DNA from: Elusimicrobiota bacterium
Lineage (GTDB): Bacteria; Elusimicrobiota; Elusimicrobia; F11
DNA length: 64,000 bases
Assembly: GCA_044221725.1 (NCBI GenBank)
Contig: JBGAON010000003.1
Location: forward strand, 192,001-256,000
Direction of reading: 5' to 3'
Positions 26,701 to 41,700 of the stretch are shown piece by piece; positions within the stretch are counted from its first letter, which is position 1, and the number at the start of each line of letters is the position of its first letter. The notes beneath the pieces are model-generated. The model saw nothing but the letters and a program-made list of their open reading frames with translations, was not told the origin of the DNA and did not search any database. A program made the translations under genes and the position numbers.

Positions 26701-29700
26701 TTGTTGCGGCCGGCAATCACGGTACCGTGGACACCCGCGTATACCTTTACAATCCGAACACGAAGAAATTTTCGCTCGGACAAACCTTGACCGAACAAAT
26801 GGATGACGCATCGGTGGCCATGGCCGATTATGATCAGGATGGTTTTCTTGATCTTGCCGTAAAGGGTCGACTCCTTCCGAACTCTGCCACGTCCAATCGC
26901 GTGTTCATTTATCGGAACAAAGGAAACAATCAAACTCCGACGAGCCAATTTTTCGCGCCAATCGATTCGCGCAGCATCGATCCCAATTTTGACACCGGAA
27001 CCTTCGGTGAGATTAAGTGGGCCGATTACAACGCCGATGGCACGCAAGACCTTATTGTGTTGGGCCCGATTTCCGGTTCGTTCATCGGACTTACCGCGTT
27101 ACGCAACGATGACGTTGACCATTCGTTTTCACCGGTATTGTTATCCAGCGAAACCGCGGGCACGATTGGCGGATCGATGGCGTGGGCGGATGTTGACAAT
27201 GACGGAGATTTGGATGTGGCGATCGCTACCTCACGCAACACGTCCGTGCTCATGAACGATGGAAATGGAAATTTCACGAAGAAATGGGCATCCGAGGGAC
27301 TTGCGGGTTCCGCTGTGGCCTGGGGCGATTTTGATAACGACGGCTTTTGGGATTTGGCGGTTTCCGGTTACGCGTCGGCGGCGGCGCAAGCGCGACTAAA
27401 AGTTTTTCCAGGCGACGGCGCTTTCAATTTCGATATGCGAACCATGACGATGTCGACCGGCACGTATTCCGGAAGCTCGCTCGCCGGAATGCTCGCGTGG
27501 GTGGATTTGGACAACGACGGTTACCCGGAACTTATCGCGTCGGGGCAGACCTCCACAAAACCCACCGATCCGAAACGGTTCATGATTTTCTCCAACAAGT
27601 TTGCGTCGACACCTGCGAATCCTTTGCAGATTGTCGAGCATCCGTTCGGAAAGGATTTCGGCGTCTATAACGGTGGCTTGGCCGCCGGAGATATGGGCAA
27701 CGACGGCGACGCCGATCTGCTTCTGCTGGGACTTCAATCCACCTCAAGCGGTGCCGATATCCAACGATTGGCGTTGCTCGAAAATTTGCAAGCAGACGCG
27801 GGTGTTGGTTCCATTAACTGGGCGCCGCCCACGAACAACTTGAGCACCACGTTCGACTCTGTCTCGGGAATCGTTACGTTTCATTGGAACGTGCCCGCCG
27901 CGCCAGCCGGCGTTGATAGCGCGCTCGCGCGCGGTCTCTCCTACAATTTGACCGTTACGAATCTGTCGACGGGGAAAATTGTTGTTTCGTCGGCCATCGC
28001 GACGCCACTTCTCGGAAATTATTTAACGCATGGACAGAATTCTGTGGCGTGGTCGCTTCATTTGCCGGACGCGACAAGTTATCAATGGCGTGTTCAAACT
28101 GTGGATCCGTCGCTCCACCGAAGCGCATTTTCCGCGGCCCAAACTGTCACGGTTCCCGCAATTCCTCCGGCGCCCGTTACCGATTTGTCGGCGACCGCCG
28201 GCGCCCAAGTACGTCTCACGTGGACGGCGCCCGGAGACGACGGACAAAGTGGAACCGTCACGAAGTACCGAATTTATTTCTCTCCCAATTCGTTCGCTAA
28301 CGTGACCGATGCGGGCGTTTCGCTTGTGGCAATCGCAGCGGCCGGTGCAAATCCGCCGTTCGTGCGCGGGGGGCTCACCGAATCTCGCGACATCACAGGC
28401 CTTGTTCCTGGAACGCTCTATTATTTCCGCGTGCTCGGCGAAGACCGCAACGGCGTTGTTTCTAATTTGCCGAACAGCATCGCTTCGGCAAAGGCCACTC
28501 ATTTCAGTTCGGAACTTGTAACCGGTTTCACGGGAATCGCCGAAGGCCAGCTCGCAATCGGTCAGCTTAACAACGACGCGCGGTTTGATGTGGCCGAGAT
28601 CGGAATGGGACCGTCCGCCTTGGCGTTCCATGCTCTCATCGGTCAAGCGGCCGGAGGATTTTCCCAGACAACCATCGGTGCGGGTCTGAAGGACAGCGCG
28701 CTTACGCTCGTGGACATTGACCGCAACGGAAGTATCGACGCGCTCGTTTCCGGACTGGATACCAATCAAAATCCAACAACAAAACTTTATTTGAACACGA
28801 ACGGCACATTCACTGGTTCGAATATAGCGCTGCCGGCGATGAGCCGCGGCGGTTATGCGGTTGGTGATATCGATAATGATGGCGATTTGGACATTGTTGC
28901 GGTGGGTGCTGGTGTGAACGGTGTCCGACTCTACGAAAACGTCAACATGAACAACGCCTTCCAAATCAACACCGCGAAAAAACTTTTCAATGTGTCCTTC
29001 TCGTCGGGGGCGGCGGTTGCGTTGGCCGATGTGGATGGCGACGGAACGCTCGATATCGTGGTGGCGGGTTTCGACGGCACGCGCGCGCGCTTCATGGTTC
29101 TCAAACAAACCAACGGCGTATTCTCAATTTATAACGAGCCTTTCGGCCCGTTGGATGGTTACACAAACGCTTCGCTCTGCTGGGCGGACGTAAATCTCGA
29201 TGGCAAATGGGATTTGGTTGTCAGCGGTCAAAGACAAGGTGCGAATTCCGAAATCGCGATTTTTGAAGGGACCGGCAATCCTGCCACGCCGTTCATCTAC
29301 CATCCGTTCAACACGCCGGGAACCAGCCAACCGTTGAATTCGGGGAATTCCGGTGCGGGCGCGCTCGCGGTGGGCGATATCAATAACGATGGATATCCGG
29401 ACATCACGGTCGCGGGGCTCGATCCGCAAGCGAACAAAGGCCGCTTGTTTGTTTACTTAAACAGCGGCGCCGCTTTGCCCGCGGGTGCAATTTCCTGGAG
29501 TGTTGAAGAACCGTTGGGGCCGGGCTTTGGATTGACGAAGGCATCGCTGGCGCTGGCCGATGTTGATAACGATGGTGATTTGGATCTGGTCGCAATGGGC
29601 TTGGACAATTCGTCGAAACGCGTCGTGAAATATTTTAAGAACCTTCAGGTCGAAAGCGGTTTGCCCGCGAACGCGGCGCCCACGCAACCGGCTCTGAGCT

Positions 29701-32700
29701 ACACCGTGAACGGCGCGCTTGCGACGTTCCGTTGGGACATTGGAAACGCCAGCGAAGTGGATAAGAAAGCGCTCACCTACGATTTGGCGATCACGTATCG
29801 CACCGGCGGTAACACTTACACGATGGTTTCGCCGCAACAAGCGACGCCGATGCAAGGCAACACGCCGATGATTGGTCTTGGTAACACGGCATCCATTTCT
29901 CGCACGCTCGCGCTCAAAGACAACACCACCTATTTCGTAAAAGTCCGATCGATTGATGCGGGACTTCGTGCGAGCGCGTGGTCGAACGAGGTGAGTGTGG
30001 ATTTGTCGAACGTGCCGCCCGGGAACTTCATCGACTTCGCGGTAGCGCCCGCGGCCAAAGCAGAATTGACCTGGACGGCGCCCGGCGGTGATGGTGCGGT
30101 CGGGCAACTCCAGAGCTACGACATCCGCCGATCGAATCAGCCGATCGATCCGGCAGATCTTACGGCGTTCCTCGCGCTGCCCCAAATCCCAAATATTCCG
30201 ACACCGAAAGTGGCCGGTCAACCCGAATCCGTAATGGTCACGGGTCTCGTCACCGGTACCCAATATTATTTTGCGATTCGCGGATACGATGGGACCGGTG
30301 GTTATACGAGTATCGCTACCGCGAATGTTGCGGCGGGCGCGCTCAAGCTGGTTCAAACATTAACGGGGCTCGGTGACACGGCGATAACGGTGGCCGATTA
30401 CAACCGCGATGGTATGAAAGATTTGTTGCTCGCCGGCGATGACGGCGTTCAAGCGTGGAAGGGAAATGGCACGACGTTCACATTGGACTCGCAAGCGAGT
30501 TTTCCTGGACTTCAATCGCCGGCGATTGCCGCGCTCGATTGGGATACCGATGGCAAAATCGACTTTGTCGCGGCCGGCAATCAAACGAACAAGATTGCCT
30601 ATATATATAGGAACAACACGCCAAACAGTCCGGCGTTTGCGACCGTTGTGGGATCATCGATCACCGGATTTACCGAAGGTTCGTTCGCGTGGGGCGACGC
30701 GAACCGCGACGGTGATATGGATCTCGCGGTGGCCGGAAACGGTCTCGATGGAATTTATCTCTATTCAAATGTTTCGCGAGCAAATCCAACGGCACCGTTC
30801 GTTGGTGTGAAAATTTCGAGCGTGGCGTTGAACGGCGGCGCGGCGCTCGCGTGGGGCGATATTGATAACGATGGTATTCCGGACTTGATTGCGACCGGTG
30901 CGGACAGTTCGTTCGTTCCGCGTCTCATGGTGTTGCTGGGTACGGGCAACGGTAACTTCGCAGCTCCGATCGACGTGTTCGTGACCGACGGTTATCGCGA
31001 AGCGGGCGTGGTTGTGACGGACTTTAACGGCGATGGTTTGCCGGATATTGCCATCACAGGTCGTCGTCGCACGGGTCCCTTCACGCAGTTGCTCGCAAAT
31101 CAATCGACGCCGGGCGCCGTTCAATTCAGCGTGTCAAATTTGCCGGCGAGCGGTTTGTCCTCCGGCACAAACGAAACGAGTGGCATTGCGGCCGGCGATT
31201 TGAACAACGACGGAAAAATTGATTTGGCGGTCTCCGGCGTGGATCAGAGCGGAAGCGCGCGGTTAATTATTTATTTGAATCGATTGCCGAGCGCCTGGGA
31301 AATTGTTGAACCGCTGGGACGAAACCAGGGACTATCGAGATCCCGTCTGGCGTTTGTCGATCAAGACGGCGACGGCGATCTGGAGCTCGTTGCGACCGGT
31401 GTCGACGCGCAAAACAACAAGAAACTTCTCGTGTTCAAAAATGAATCCGTTGAAAACGTGGGCCCGAATGGCACGAACATTCGTCCGAACGCGCCCACAT
31501 TGAACGCTCCAAGTTTGAGTGGAAACCAGATTTCATTGACGTGGACGAAGACGTCCGACGCCGGCGTGGCAAATACGCAGACGCCTTCCGATGCGATGAA
31601 TTACGATCTCGAAGTTCTCGAAGCGCCGAACGGCAATCCGACAAACACGAGCGTGTATCTAAGCACCGCGGTGTCGTCGCCATACGCTGGAAATATTTCG
31701 CCAAAGCGCGGTGCGACGCTTTCGTATGTGCTTATCGCGCGCGACAATCACACGTATTCCGCGCGTGTGCGCGCGGTCGACGCGGGGCTGCTGCCCGGCG
31801 TTTGGTCAAACACGCAATCGCAACTCATCGGAATTATTGATCCGGCGCAGATCACCGATCTTACGGCGGTAAGCGGCGCCCAAGTGAATCTCCGCTGGAC
31901 CGCGGTTGGCGCCGACGGAAACGTCGGGACGGCCTCTTCCTATATTTTGCGGTATTGGACGTCGGGAAGCTTTGACACCGGGACAACGGTGCCGTTGCCG
32001 GCGCCCAAATCGGCGGGAGCGACCGAATCGACCGTTGTTACGGGACTTCAACCGAATCAAACCTACTTTTTCGGAATAAAGGCCGTGGACGAGAACGGTC
32101 ATGCCTCAGCGCTTAGCAACACACCCAGCGCCATGGCGGGTTTGTTTGAACTCGCGCAAGAATTGCCGGGGCTTCGCTACGGCGCTGCGGCGATGGGACG
32201 CGTGTTCGATAACAACAATCAGTTTGTCGCGCTGGGATCGAGCGGGGCCGGCGTGGGCCAAGCGCTCGTTTATGGAATGACGAACGGCCAATTTGTTTTG
32301 AAGCAAGATCTCAACAAGCAGCTTCTCTCCGGCACAGCAGCCTGGGGCGATTACAACGGTGACGGGAAATTGGATCTCGCGATCGGTGGAACCGAAAAGT
32401 TTTTCTCATCCACACAAACGCGTCTGTATTTCTTCCGCAACAGCGGAACGCAACTCGTTGAAGACACGGCGCTCGCGCTTAGCTTTCAGCCGACGAGTCT
32501 CGCGTGGCGCGACTACGATAACGACGGTGATCTTGATTTGCTCGTGAGCGGTCAGACGTCCGTGAGCACGAAATTCACGCGCGTGTACGAAAATCGCAAC
32601 GGCACGTTTGTTCAAGTGTGGGAAAAACAAATCGCAGGAGCCGCGGCGTGGATCGATGAAGACAAAGACGGTTGGCCGGACATTTTGATTTCCGGAAACG

Positions 32701-35700
32701 GATTCCAGGCGAACTCCAGCAAGACCTCCGTTTACAAAAACGTTCTTACCTCTCAGCCAACCGTGTATTTTTCGGAATCGCTTTCGACCGAAACCATTAG
32801 CGCGACGCTCCAAGGCGCGGTGGCCGTTGGGGATGCGAATCGCGACGGAATGTCCGACATCGCGATGACGGGCACCGATCAGGCGGTGCCGTTGAAGATT
32901 TTCCTAAACACATCGAACGGCTTTAGCGTGAACGCGCCGCTCGACCTCGGCATCAGTCTAAGTTCGGCCACCATGGCGTGGGCCGATTTGAATCACGATG
33001 GCTGGTCCGATCTTGTGGTGTCCGGTTTCGATGCAAACGTGAATCGCGCGCGTTTGCTTGTGTACCTGAACAACAACGGCGCGTTTGGCGTGCCGTTCGA
33101 GCCGCTCGGTGAGAATGCGTTTGCAGGCGGTCTCGCGCTCGGAAACGTGGACGGCGACGCCGACATCGATGTGGTGGCGTCTGGTGAAGCAGCCGGTGGC
33201 GCTGCGCGCCTCACGTATTTAAAAAATGTGTTGCTCGATCGCGGAGGGAGCACCAACGCGGCGCCCGGAACGATAACGACCTCCGCGCCGAACGTTAACG
33301 GCACGAATTTGATTCTTAACTGGAACATTCCGACCGATGATCACACGCTGAGCTCCGCGATAACGTACGGCGTGCGCGTGGCGACCATGCCGCTCGCAAC
33401 GGCAAATTCTTTCGTGAAGAGCTTCGTTGCCGCATCGCCGTTCGTCGGAAACGCCGATATCAATTCAGCGACCGTGCGCGTGAGGGATGGCCAGACGTAT
33501 TATTGGAGCGTGCGCGCGATCGACGGTTCGTTTGTCGAGGGACCGGAAGCGGTTGGTCAGTCAATCACAGTGAATGGCATTCCTCCGGGAAATATTTCGG
33601 ATCTCACGGCGACCACTGGCCTCCAAGCGAAGCTCAGTTGGACCGCGCCCGGCGCCGACGGAAATGCGGGCACAGCAACCTCGTACGATTTGCGTTATTG
33701 GCAAGACGGCGGCAGCTATGCGACCGGTACGCCCTATTCAATTCCGGCACCGAAGCCCGCCGGAACCGCGGAATCCGTCGGGATCAACGGACTTAAACCA
33801 AACGGTGTTTATTATTTCGCGCTGCGGGCGATTGACGATGGGGGGCTCGCATCGAGCGTCAGCAATATTTCGTCGGCCACCGCTTCGAGCTTTGGAATCG
33901 CCCAATCATTCTTCGGAAATGGCGTTGGTCTCGAGTCCGCCGGTTTGGCCGCGGGCGATGTGAACAACGACGGCAATCTCGACTTCGTGATGGTCGGTGC
34001 ATCGGGAACCGTGTCCCTCACGCGCGTGTACGAGTCGGATGGGAACGGTGGTTTCACGATCATCGACAAAGATAATCTTTCGAATAATTTTGTGGGGCTT
34101 CAAAACGCCGCGGTCGCTGTTGGTGACATGGACAATTCGTTTGGTTGGCTCGACTTCGCCATCGCCGGGCGCGGAACAAACGGCGAGTCGCTAAAAATTT
34201 ATCGGCAGGTAAGCGCGAATCAGTTCGCGAAAACGGATTTGGATCAATACGGTGTTGTTGATGGATCGTTGGCGTTCGGCGACGTTGACGGGGACGGCAA
34301 ACCGGATCTCGCGATCATGGGGCAGAACGCATCGGGCACGGTTTATCGTTTGCTGGTGCTTCGCAACAGCGGCACCGGTTTGGTCCACGATCCGAACTGG
34401 GACCTAAGCGCCAGTTCCGGTGTGGCCCAAGGACAAATCGCGCTGGCCGACATGGACAACGACGGAAAATTGGATCTTGTTGTGCTCGGTCGTCGCAACA
34501 CAGCGCCGTTCACTTCAAATCTGAGAATTTTCCCGAACACCGGAAATACGGCACAGCCATTTGCCGGCGGCATCAATGTCGAAGATATTAGTTTCTCGTA
34601 CGGAAGCATGGCCACTGGAGACGTCGACAACGATGGCGACCTGGACGTGATCGTCAATATTTCGGCGCAACCGCGGCTTTACAGAAACAAATTCTCTCAA
34701 ACGGGCGTGCTCGGTTTCGATATCAACAAACTCGGGTTGCCGTCCTTGCGTAACGGTCAAATCGCGTTCGCCGACTGGAACAACGACGGATTCCTGGACA
34801 TTGCGATGTCGGGCGTGTCGGGCAGCACGCGGAAGTTGATGGTGGTGCCACAATCCGTGGTGGGCGGACAAGCGTTTGGGTTCGACTTGGCTCAAGCCCA
34901 AGAAATTCTGGGGCCCAATCAAGGACTGGAAAATTCGTCTTTGATCTTTGGTGATTTCGACAACGATGGTGACGCCGATTTGCTCGTGACCGGAAAGGAC
35001 AACAGTTTCCCGGTGTCTCGCCAATTTTATTTGTTGAAAAATCTCGACATCGATTCGTCCATAAATCCGGGACGATCCAATCCGAAGCCGACGGCGCCCA
35101 ATTTGGCGAGCGTGGCTTACAATTACGATGGTTCCATCCTAAGAATTCGTTGGGACGCATCGAGCGATCAGAACGCAGCGGGAGCGTCATCGGCCGACTC
35201 TCTTTCGTACTCCATTGAAGTGAAGTCCGGCGATGGTTCGGCCACGTTCTTGTCCGGCGCGTACGGAACGCCGCTCTTCGGTGATTTCATTCGCCCGCAC
35301 AAAGTGGGGAACAAACTCGAATATCAAATGCGCGTGTTGCCGTTTGGTCAAACCAATTACAACGATCGTTCGGTTCGAATTCGCGCGATCGACACAAGCT
35401 TGCAAGCGGGGCCGTGGTCGTCCGTTTCCACGGTGGTCTTGAACAAAGTCAGCGCACCGCTTAACCCGCAGGGTGCGGCGAACAGCTTCGACAAAATCAC
35501 ATGGTCGTGGGATCCGCCGACGGTTACCGAAGGTTTGCTTGGTTACCGCGTCACGAAACTTGACGGCACTCCGGTGTCGCCAAACCTTCCTTCGGATGTG
35601 ACGTCGTGGCAAGAGTCGCAACTTCTTTCGAACACAAACTATTCCCGCCGCATCGAAGCGTTCAACGCCATCATGAGTTCCGCTTCCACGTCCGTTACCA

Positions 35701-38700
35701 CGAAAACATTGGACCGCGTGTTCGCCGGCGCGCCGGACGCGCCGACGAATCTTTCTGTCGCGTTGCCGACGGGTGCCACGATTTACGATCAGCTTGCCCT
35801 CGCATGGCAAGACGCGAGCCCATCGAGTCCCGATCGTCAGGCGGAAGGTTATAACGTCGAGCGTGCCACGGCGGCGACCGGGCCGTACACGCAAATAGCG
35901 ACGGTGATTCCCGCGGCGCTCACTTACGTGGATGGTGGCCTGACCGCAAACGCTTCTTATTATTACCGCGTGTTCGGTTTCAACGGCACCGGCGGTGGCG
36001 TCAGCAGCGCGTCCAGCGTGTCGGGCCGACGAACGCGGCAACAGAAACCGGTTACGCCGCTTTTCCAAAATGTTTATTCGAGCTCGATGACGATTCGCTG
36101 GAACACGGCGAACAGTGTCGGAACCCGTTTTGAAATATGGGTTTCGACGGACGCTGGTTTCTCGGAGTACGCGCCAACGATTGCGACGCAACTCACGAAC
36201 GCCCCGACCATGCAGGCCACCATTAACAATCTCACCGCGCTGACGACATTCTACGCACGAGTTCGCACGTTGAGCGACAGCAGCGATCTGCCGGCGGTTG
36301 ATGCCGATTTTGTTTTGGTGCCGGGCTTTGCGGTAACGCTCGCGCCGGTGATCACGCTCACGAAGCCCGCCCTTACATCGGTGGGCCCGCTTTTTGATCC
36401 GCAGCTGTATACGCAGTTGCAAGCAACGTGGACCGCTGTCACGAACGCGCTCGCTTACAGTTTGGAACGCAGCCTGACGCCCACAATCGGATTTTCTGTC
36501 GTCGCAACCGCGAACGCACCGGCGTTGACCGCGGTTGATCCGGGTCCGCTTTCGCCGGATAAGATCTATTACTACCGCGTGCGAGCAATCAATGGAGCGA
36601 ACGTGTCTCCGTATTCGGACGTTGTGAGCACCCGCACAAAATCGGCGCCCGTGGATGCGTGGTTGACGTACGACGTGAATATCTCGAGCCTCATCGCACG
36701 TTGGTCCCGCCACGGGAATCCGTCGTCGGTCTCGTATCAGTTGATCCGTTCCAGCCGCAATTTCACCGAGCCGCTGTTCACTTTGTTGCAAACATCCACC
36801 GACAACGCCACCATCAATTCGCTGACGCCGAACACCACCTACGCGTTCCGAATTCGGTCTGTGAACACAAACGGGATTCCTTCAACGTTGGACTACAGCG
36901 ATGTTCAAACGAAAACCGTGGTGACACTGGCGAAGATTCCGACACCACTGTCCTATCCGGCGGTTGGCGCGAATTTTGTGACGGCCGCCTGGGACGCCGG
37001 AAATCCAGCCAACCCGACAGGAACGGTTTATACGGTGCAGTTGGCGTTGGATGCCGGATTTACGAGCAGCGTCATTCAATCGACGACGGCGTTCACTCAA
37101 TTCACTTTCTCCAATCTTGCGAACGAAACTGTTTATTTCGGCCGAGTGAAAGCCACGAACCATGCGGGTATGGACACCGCGTGGGCTTTGCTGAACAGCA
37201 CGATGACGTTGTCGTCGGCGTATGAGATCAATCCGCCCACCAATCTCCTGCTTACCGTAATTTCGGCGCACGCGATGAATCTTGATTGGCAAGATAACTC
37301 CTCAAACGAAACAGCGTTTGCGATCGATCGAAGTCTAAACGGTTCGTTGTGGACGCTCGCCGCCACGTTGCCGGCCAACACACAAACCTATTTGGATCAA
37401 ACGGGGCTTTTGGCCGATACCTCCTATTATTACCGCGTGCGCGCGCTGAACGACGCCATCAGCTCGCAAGCCTCGAACGCACTGTTTGATGTGACACTCG
37501 CCGAGCCGCCGGCCTTCTTTACCGGCGGTCTCACGGTCACAACGACATCGCTCAACGCTGTGTGGGGGCCGGCCGGCAATCCGACGTCCACGCGTTACGA
37601 AGTGCGTTGGGCCAGCGCACCCTTCGCAAACTTTACGTTTGCTCCGCTCGTGACGAACACCGTTTACACGATCCCCAGTTTGCAAGTGAACACCACGTAT
37701 CAAGTTGACGTTCGCGCGTGGAATGGTGATGTCCCGTCCGTGCCAACCGCGTTCGTGAATCTCGGCACGCGCGCCACACTGGCCGTGTCTCCGAGCGCCA
37801 CGAGCATCACGCCGATTTACATCTCCAGTGTTGTCGCGAACTGCTCGCCGAACGAAAATCCGGCGGGCACGCGGTACGAGTTCGTCGCGTCGCTCAATTC
37901 CAATTTTTCGACCACCGATGCTTTCCTGAGCACGATGCCCGCTTCGAACGCTGTCGCGATCGACGGCTTGGCCGGGGGAACCACCTATTATTTCCGCATG
38001 CGAGCGATTAACCACGGTGGCGTTCCGACCAGTCCATGGGTGCTGTTTGGCACGCCGGATCTTGTTCGAACGAACGACGCTCCTATTTTGACGTCAACAT
38101 CACCCGCCAATCCTCATTTTGTTTTTGTGGCGAGCACCACTCTTAATTTGGCGTGGGACCCTACCAACAACGCCGATGATTATCGCCTGCGTCGCCGAAT
38201 GAACGGCGGATCGCCGGTGGAGTTTCTGACCGGAAGCGTTGCCACGAATTTTACCGATGGTCTTTCGTCGGTGCTTACGCCCAACGCGTCTTACAGTTAT
38301 CAGGTGACCGCGTTAAACGGCCCTTACAGCACGTTGCCGTCCGTCGAAATAACCACGGTCACGTTGGCCGCGATTCCTGGGGCGCTCCAAAGTTTGAGCG
38401 TGACGCCGACGAGTCTTATCGTCACGTGGGATCCCGCGAACAATTCTCAAGGGACCAAATACACGGTGCAGGTTGATCCGATCACGAACGGAACGCCGAG
38501 CACGACGTTCCGCGATGTCTTTTTGCCGAGCGCAACAATCAGCGGACTCACGCCGAACACGACCGTCGAAATTCGCGTGCAAGCGGTGAACATATTGGGA
38601 GCGCGCACATCGTTTGTGTTCGTGGTGTCAACGGTAACGCGTGCGAATCTGCCGATCAATGTCACGAACAACGTTTCGATCAACGTGGCGACCGTCACGT

Positions 38701-41700
38701 GGAACGCGAATTCAAACCCGACCGATACGCGTTACGAAATGAATGTGAGCGCTGGCGACACGATGAATCCGAACACGCAGATTTATTTCAACGTCTCGAC
38801 ATCCACGCGTGCGGTGTTGAACGGTTTGTCCGCGAATTCCACGTACACGTACACGATTACCTCGATCAATCGCGCGGGCGACCGAAACGCAAGCTTGCCG
38901 ATTACGTTTACGACGCAGCCATCGCCTGTGACCAGTGGATCGCTCACGGTATTCGTCACCTCGGCGACCGTGGACACGCTGACGGCCGGGTCCAATCCGC
39001 CCGACACCATTTACCGGTTTACCGCCCGCGATCTTTCGACGAATATTATTTCGCAAACGCAAAGTGCCTCGTTGCCGCTCACGATTCAAGGACTTCAATC
39101 GAACACGACGCACGCGTTCTCGCTGAACGCGATTGGTCGCACGGGATCCGTTTCAGCGGTGTACGCGTTCGCGAACCGAGCGACGCTCGCGAACGCACCA
39201 GGGGCGGGCGGTATTACGAACGTGGGAACGAATTTTGTGCAGAGCTCGTGGACCGCCAACGGCAATCCCGGTGGTACGATTTACGAATTGGAAGCGGTCC
39301 CGGTAGGCACGCAAACTGAAATTTTCGCGCCGCGCACCACTCAGCTGATCGCTCAAGTGTCGCCGCTCAATACGAACACGTCCTATGACATGTACGTGCG
39401 TGCCGTGAACCGCACCGGCATGCTGACCCCTTGGACGCTTTTGGGTACGACAACAACGCTGACGGCGAACGCCGTGGTGGGTGTACCGACGAACGTCGCG
39501 GTTCGTCCGCCGCTCGACCTTGTGACGACACCGGAACTCGATCTTTCGTGGTCAGCGCCCGTCGCGGTTCCAGGAGTTCCGGATCCGGTCGGTTATGATA
39601 TTTTCCGTGATAACAACGGCGTGCTCACGCAGATTGGTTCCGTTGCGGTCGCGGGGCCACTGACGTTTGTGGACACGGGATCGCCATCCGCGCCGATGCT
39701 TCCGAACTCTATTTATTCGTATCGCGTCGCGGCACGCAGCGCGGGCCAGAACCCGGTGCTCAATTTCTCGAATCTCGTTTCCTCGGCAACATACGCCGTG
39801 AAACCCACGGTGTCAGCGACGGTGTCATCGTCGACAATTACAACCGTTAAATTTTTCTGGGACGATAACGTTAACCCGAACACGCCAACGTATCGCGCGG
39901 AGCTTTCCGCGGACAACTTCCAGACGGTCCTCGCGCAACAAGCGGTTTCGCAAAAAACTGCAATATTTGTGGGGCTTCAACCGAACACATCCTATTACGC
40001 GCGCGTTCGCACGATCGGATTAATGAATATTGAAACTGCGAACACGGCGATCGGGATTCAAGTGACATTGGCGACGCGCGCGATCGCCGGTGTTCCGCCG
40101 TTCGGGACGGTCACATCGAATTCAATTCAGGCCAACTGGTCCAGCACGAATCCGTCGGAGACGAATTTCCTCGTTGAAACATCGTGGAGCAATGGCGTCG
40201 GCCCGTCGGTCACGACGTCGAACCCGAACACGGCAACGGTCGGATCGCTTTTCCCGAACACAAATTACACGGTCACCGTCACGGCGCTCAACCGCGTTGG
40301 TGTGCCATCGTTCCCTCCGACGTTGTTGGGTACCGTGAAAACTGGAGCAAGCGTCTTCATTTCTTCTCCAACGGATCTCATTGTTACGCGGCCCGCCGGT
40401 GGGGAAACCGATCGTTTGTTGTTGGCGTGGCAAGACAATTCCAGCGGCGCCGCCGAGGAAGATTCGTTTTCGATTTTCCGTTGGTCGGCGAACGAGTCCG
40501 TGACAGAAGTGGGGCAAGTGCCGGGCGTGGCGGGCGCTGGAAATCAGCTCACTTACACGTCCACAAATTTGTTGCCGAACAAAAATTATTTCTTCTTTGT
40601 CGTGGCGCGCAAAGGCGCCGAGTTGTCGTTGCCGTCCAATAATGCGAACGCTACGACCTGGGCCGCCGTGCCGCAATGGGCACCGGTTGCGCTGTCGCGC
40701 ACCGACAAATCGATCACGGCAACCTGGACCCCGGATACGAACCCACTCGGTACGCGTTATCGCCTCGAAGTTTCATCGGACAATTTTGCGACGCCGTTTG
40801 TGATTGCATCGAGCCAAACGGTTGGCTTTACGGCCACGATCAATGGGCTTTTGTCGAATGCGGTTTATTCGGTTCGCGTGTCAGCGATTGATCCGGTTCA
40901 AGGATCGTTCGCTATTCCGGTGTTGAGCACCAACACGCTGGCCGCCGTGCCGTTGCCGGTGCTCGTCGGCGACGCGTTTGAAGATTTTGTGAGTTCGATC
41001 ACGGCGCACTGGTTCTCGAATGAAAATGTAACTGACACGGCCTACACGCTAAAGGCGTATTCGGATGCTGCGCTTGCGAACCAAGCGGGATCGGTTGTCG
41101 TTAATCAAACGCAAGGAACGATTAACGGTCTCGCGGCCAACACGACGTATTGGTTCACCGTGAAAGCCGCGAACCGCGACGGCGGTTTCTCGCCAATTTT
41201 CAACCTGGGCCCGAGCGTCACGTTGCCGAGCGCGTTTTTGTTGTCCGCCACCCCTCCGGCGGATAACGTTTTGTGGCGTGGACGCAATGTGCCGGTCGGT
41301 AGTTCGTTTGCGTTCGCAACAGACGCGTTTGGCAATCCGTCGCACGCGGCGTATTTGCGGTATTTATGGATAAAAGATCAGCCGTCGTTCACGTGGCCTT
41401 CCGACGATAACCAGGACCTCGTTCCAAATATCTGGCGCGCTGGTGACGGCGACCGCGTGATCGTTGCGTCGGAGACCGGCGTGTATTACCTGCAGGTAAA
41501 AGCCTACAGCTGGGCGAACGAAGGAAATCCCGAAACGGAAAAATCGTATGGTCCGTTCAATGTCGATGTTGATACGCCGACGCCGAACCCCGAAGTGATC
41601 GCCAATGTGGTTCGCGCGACAAACGCGTTGACTTGGGTTGGCTCGGTGGCGAGCGATCCAACGCCGCCCACGGGAGCCGGCTTGGCGTCACAAGCGTATG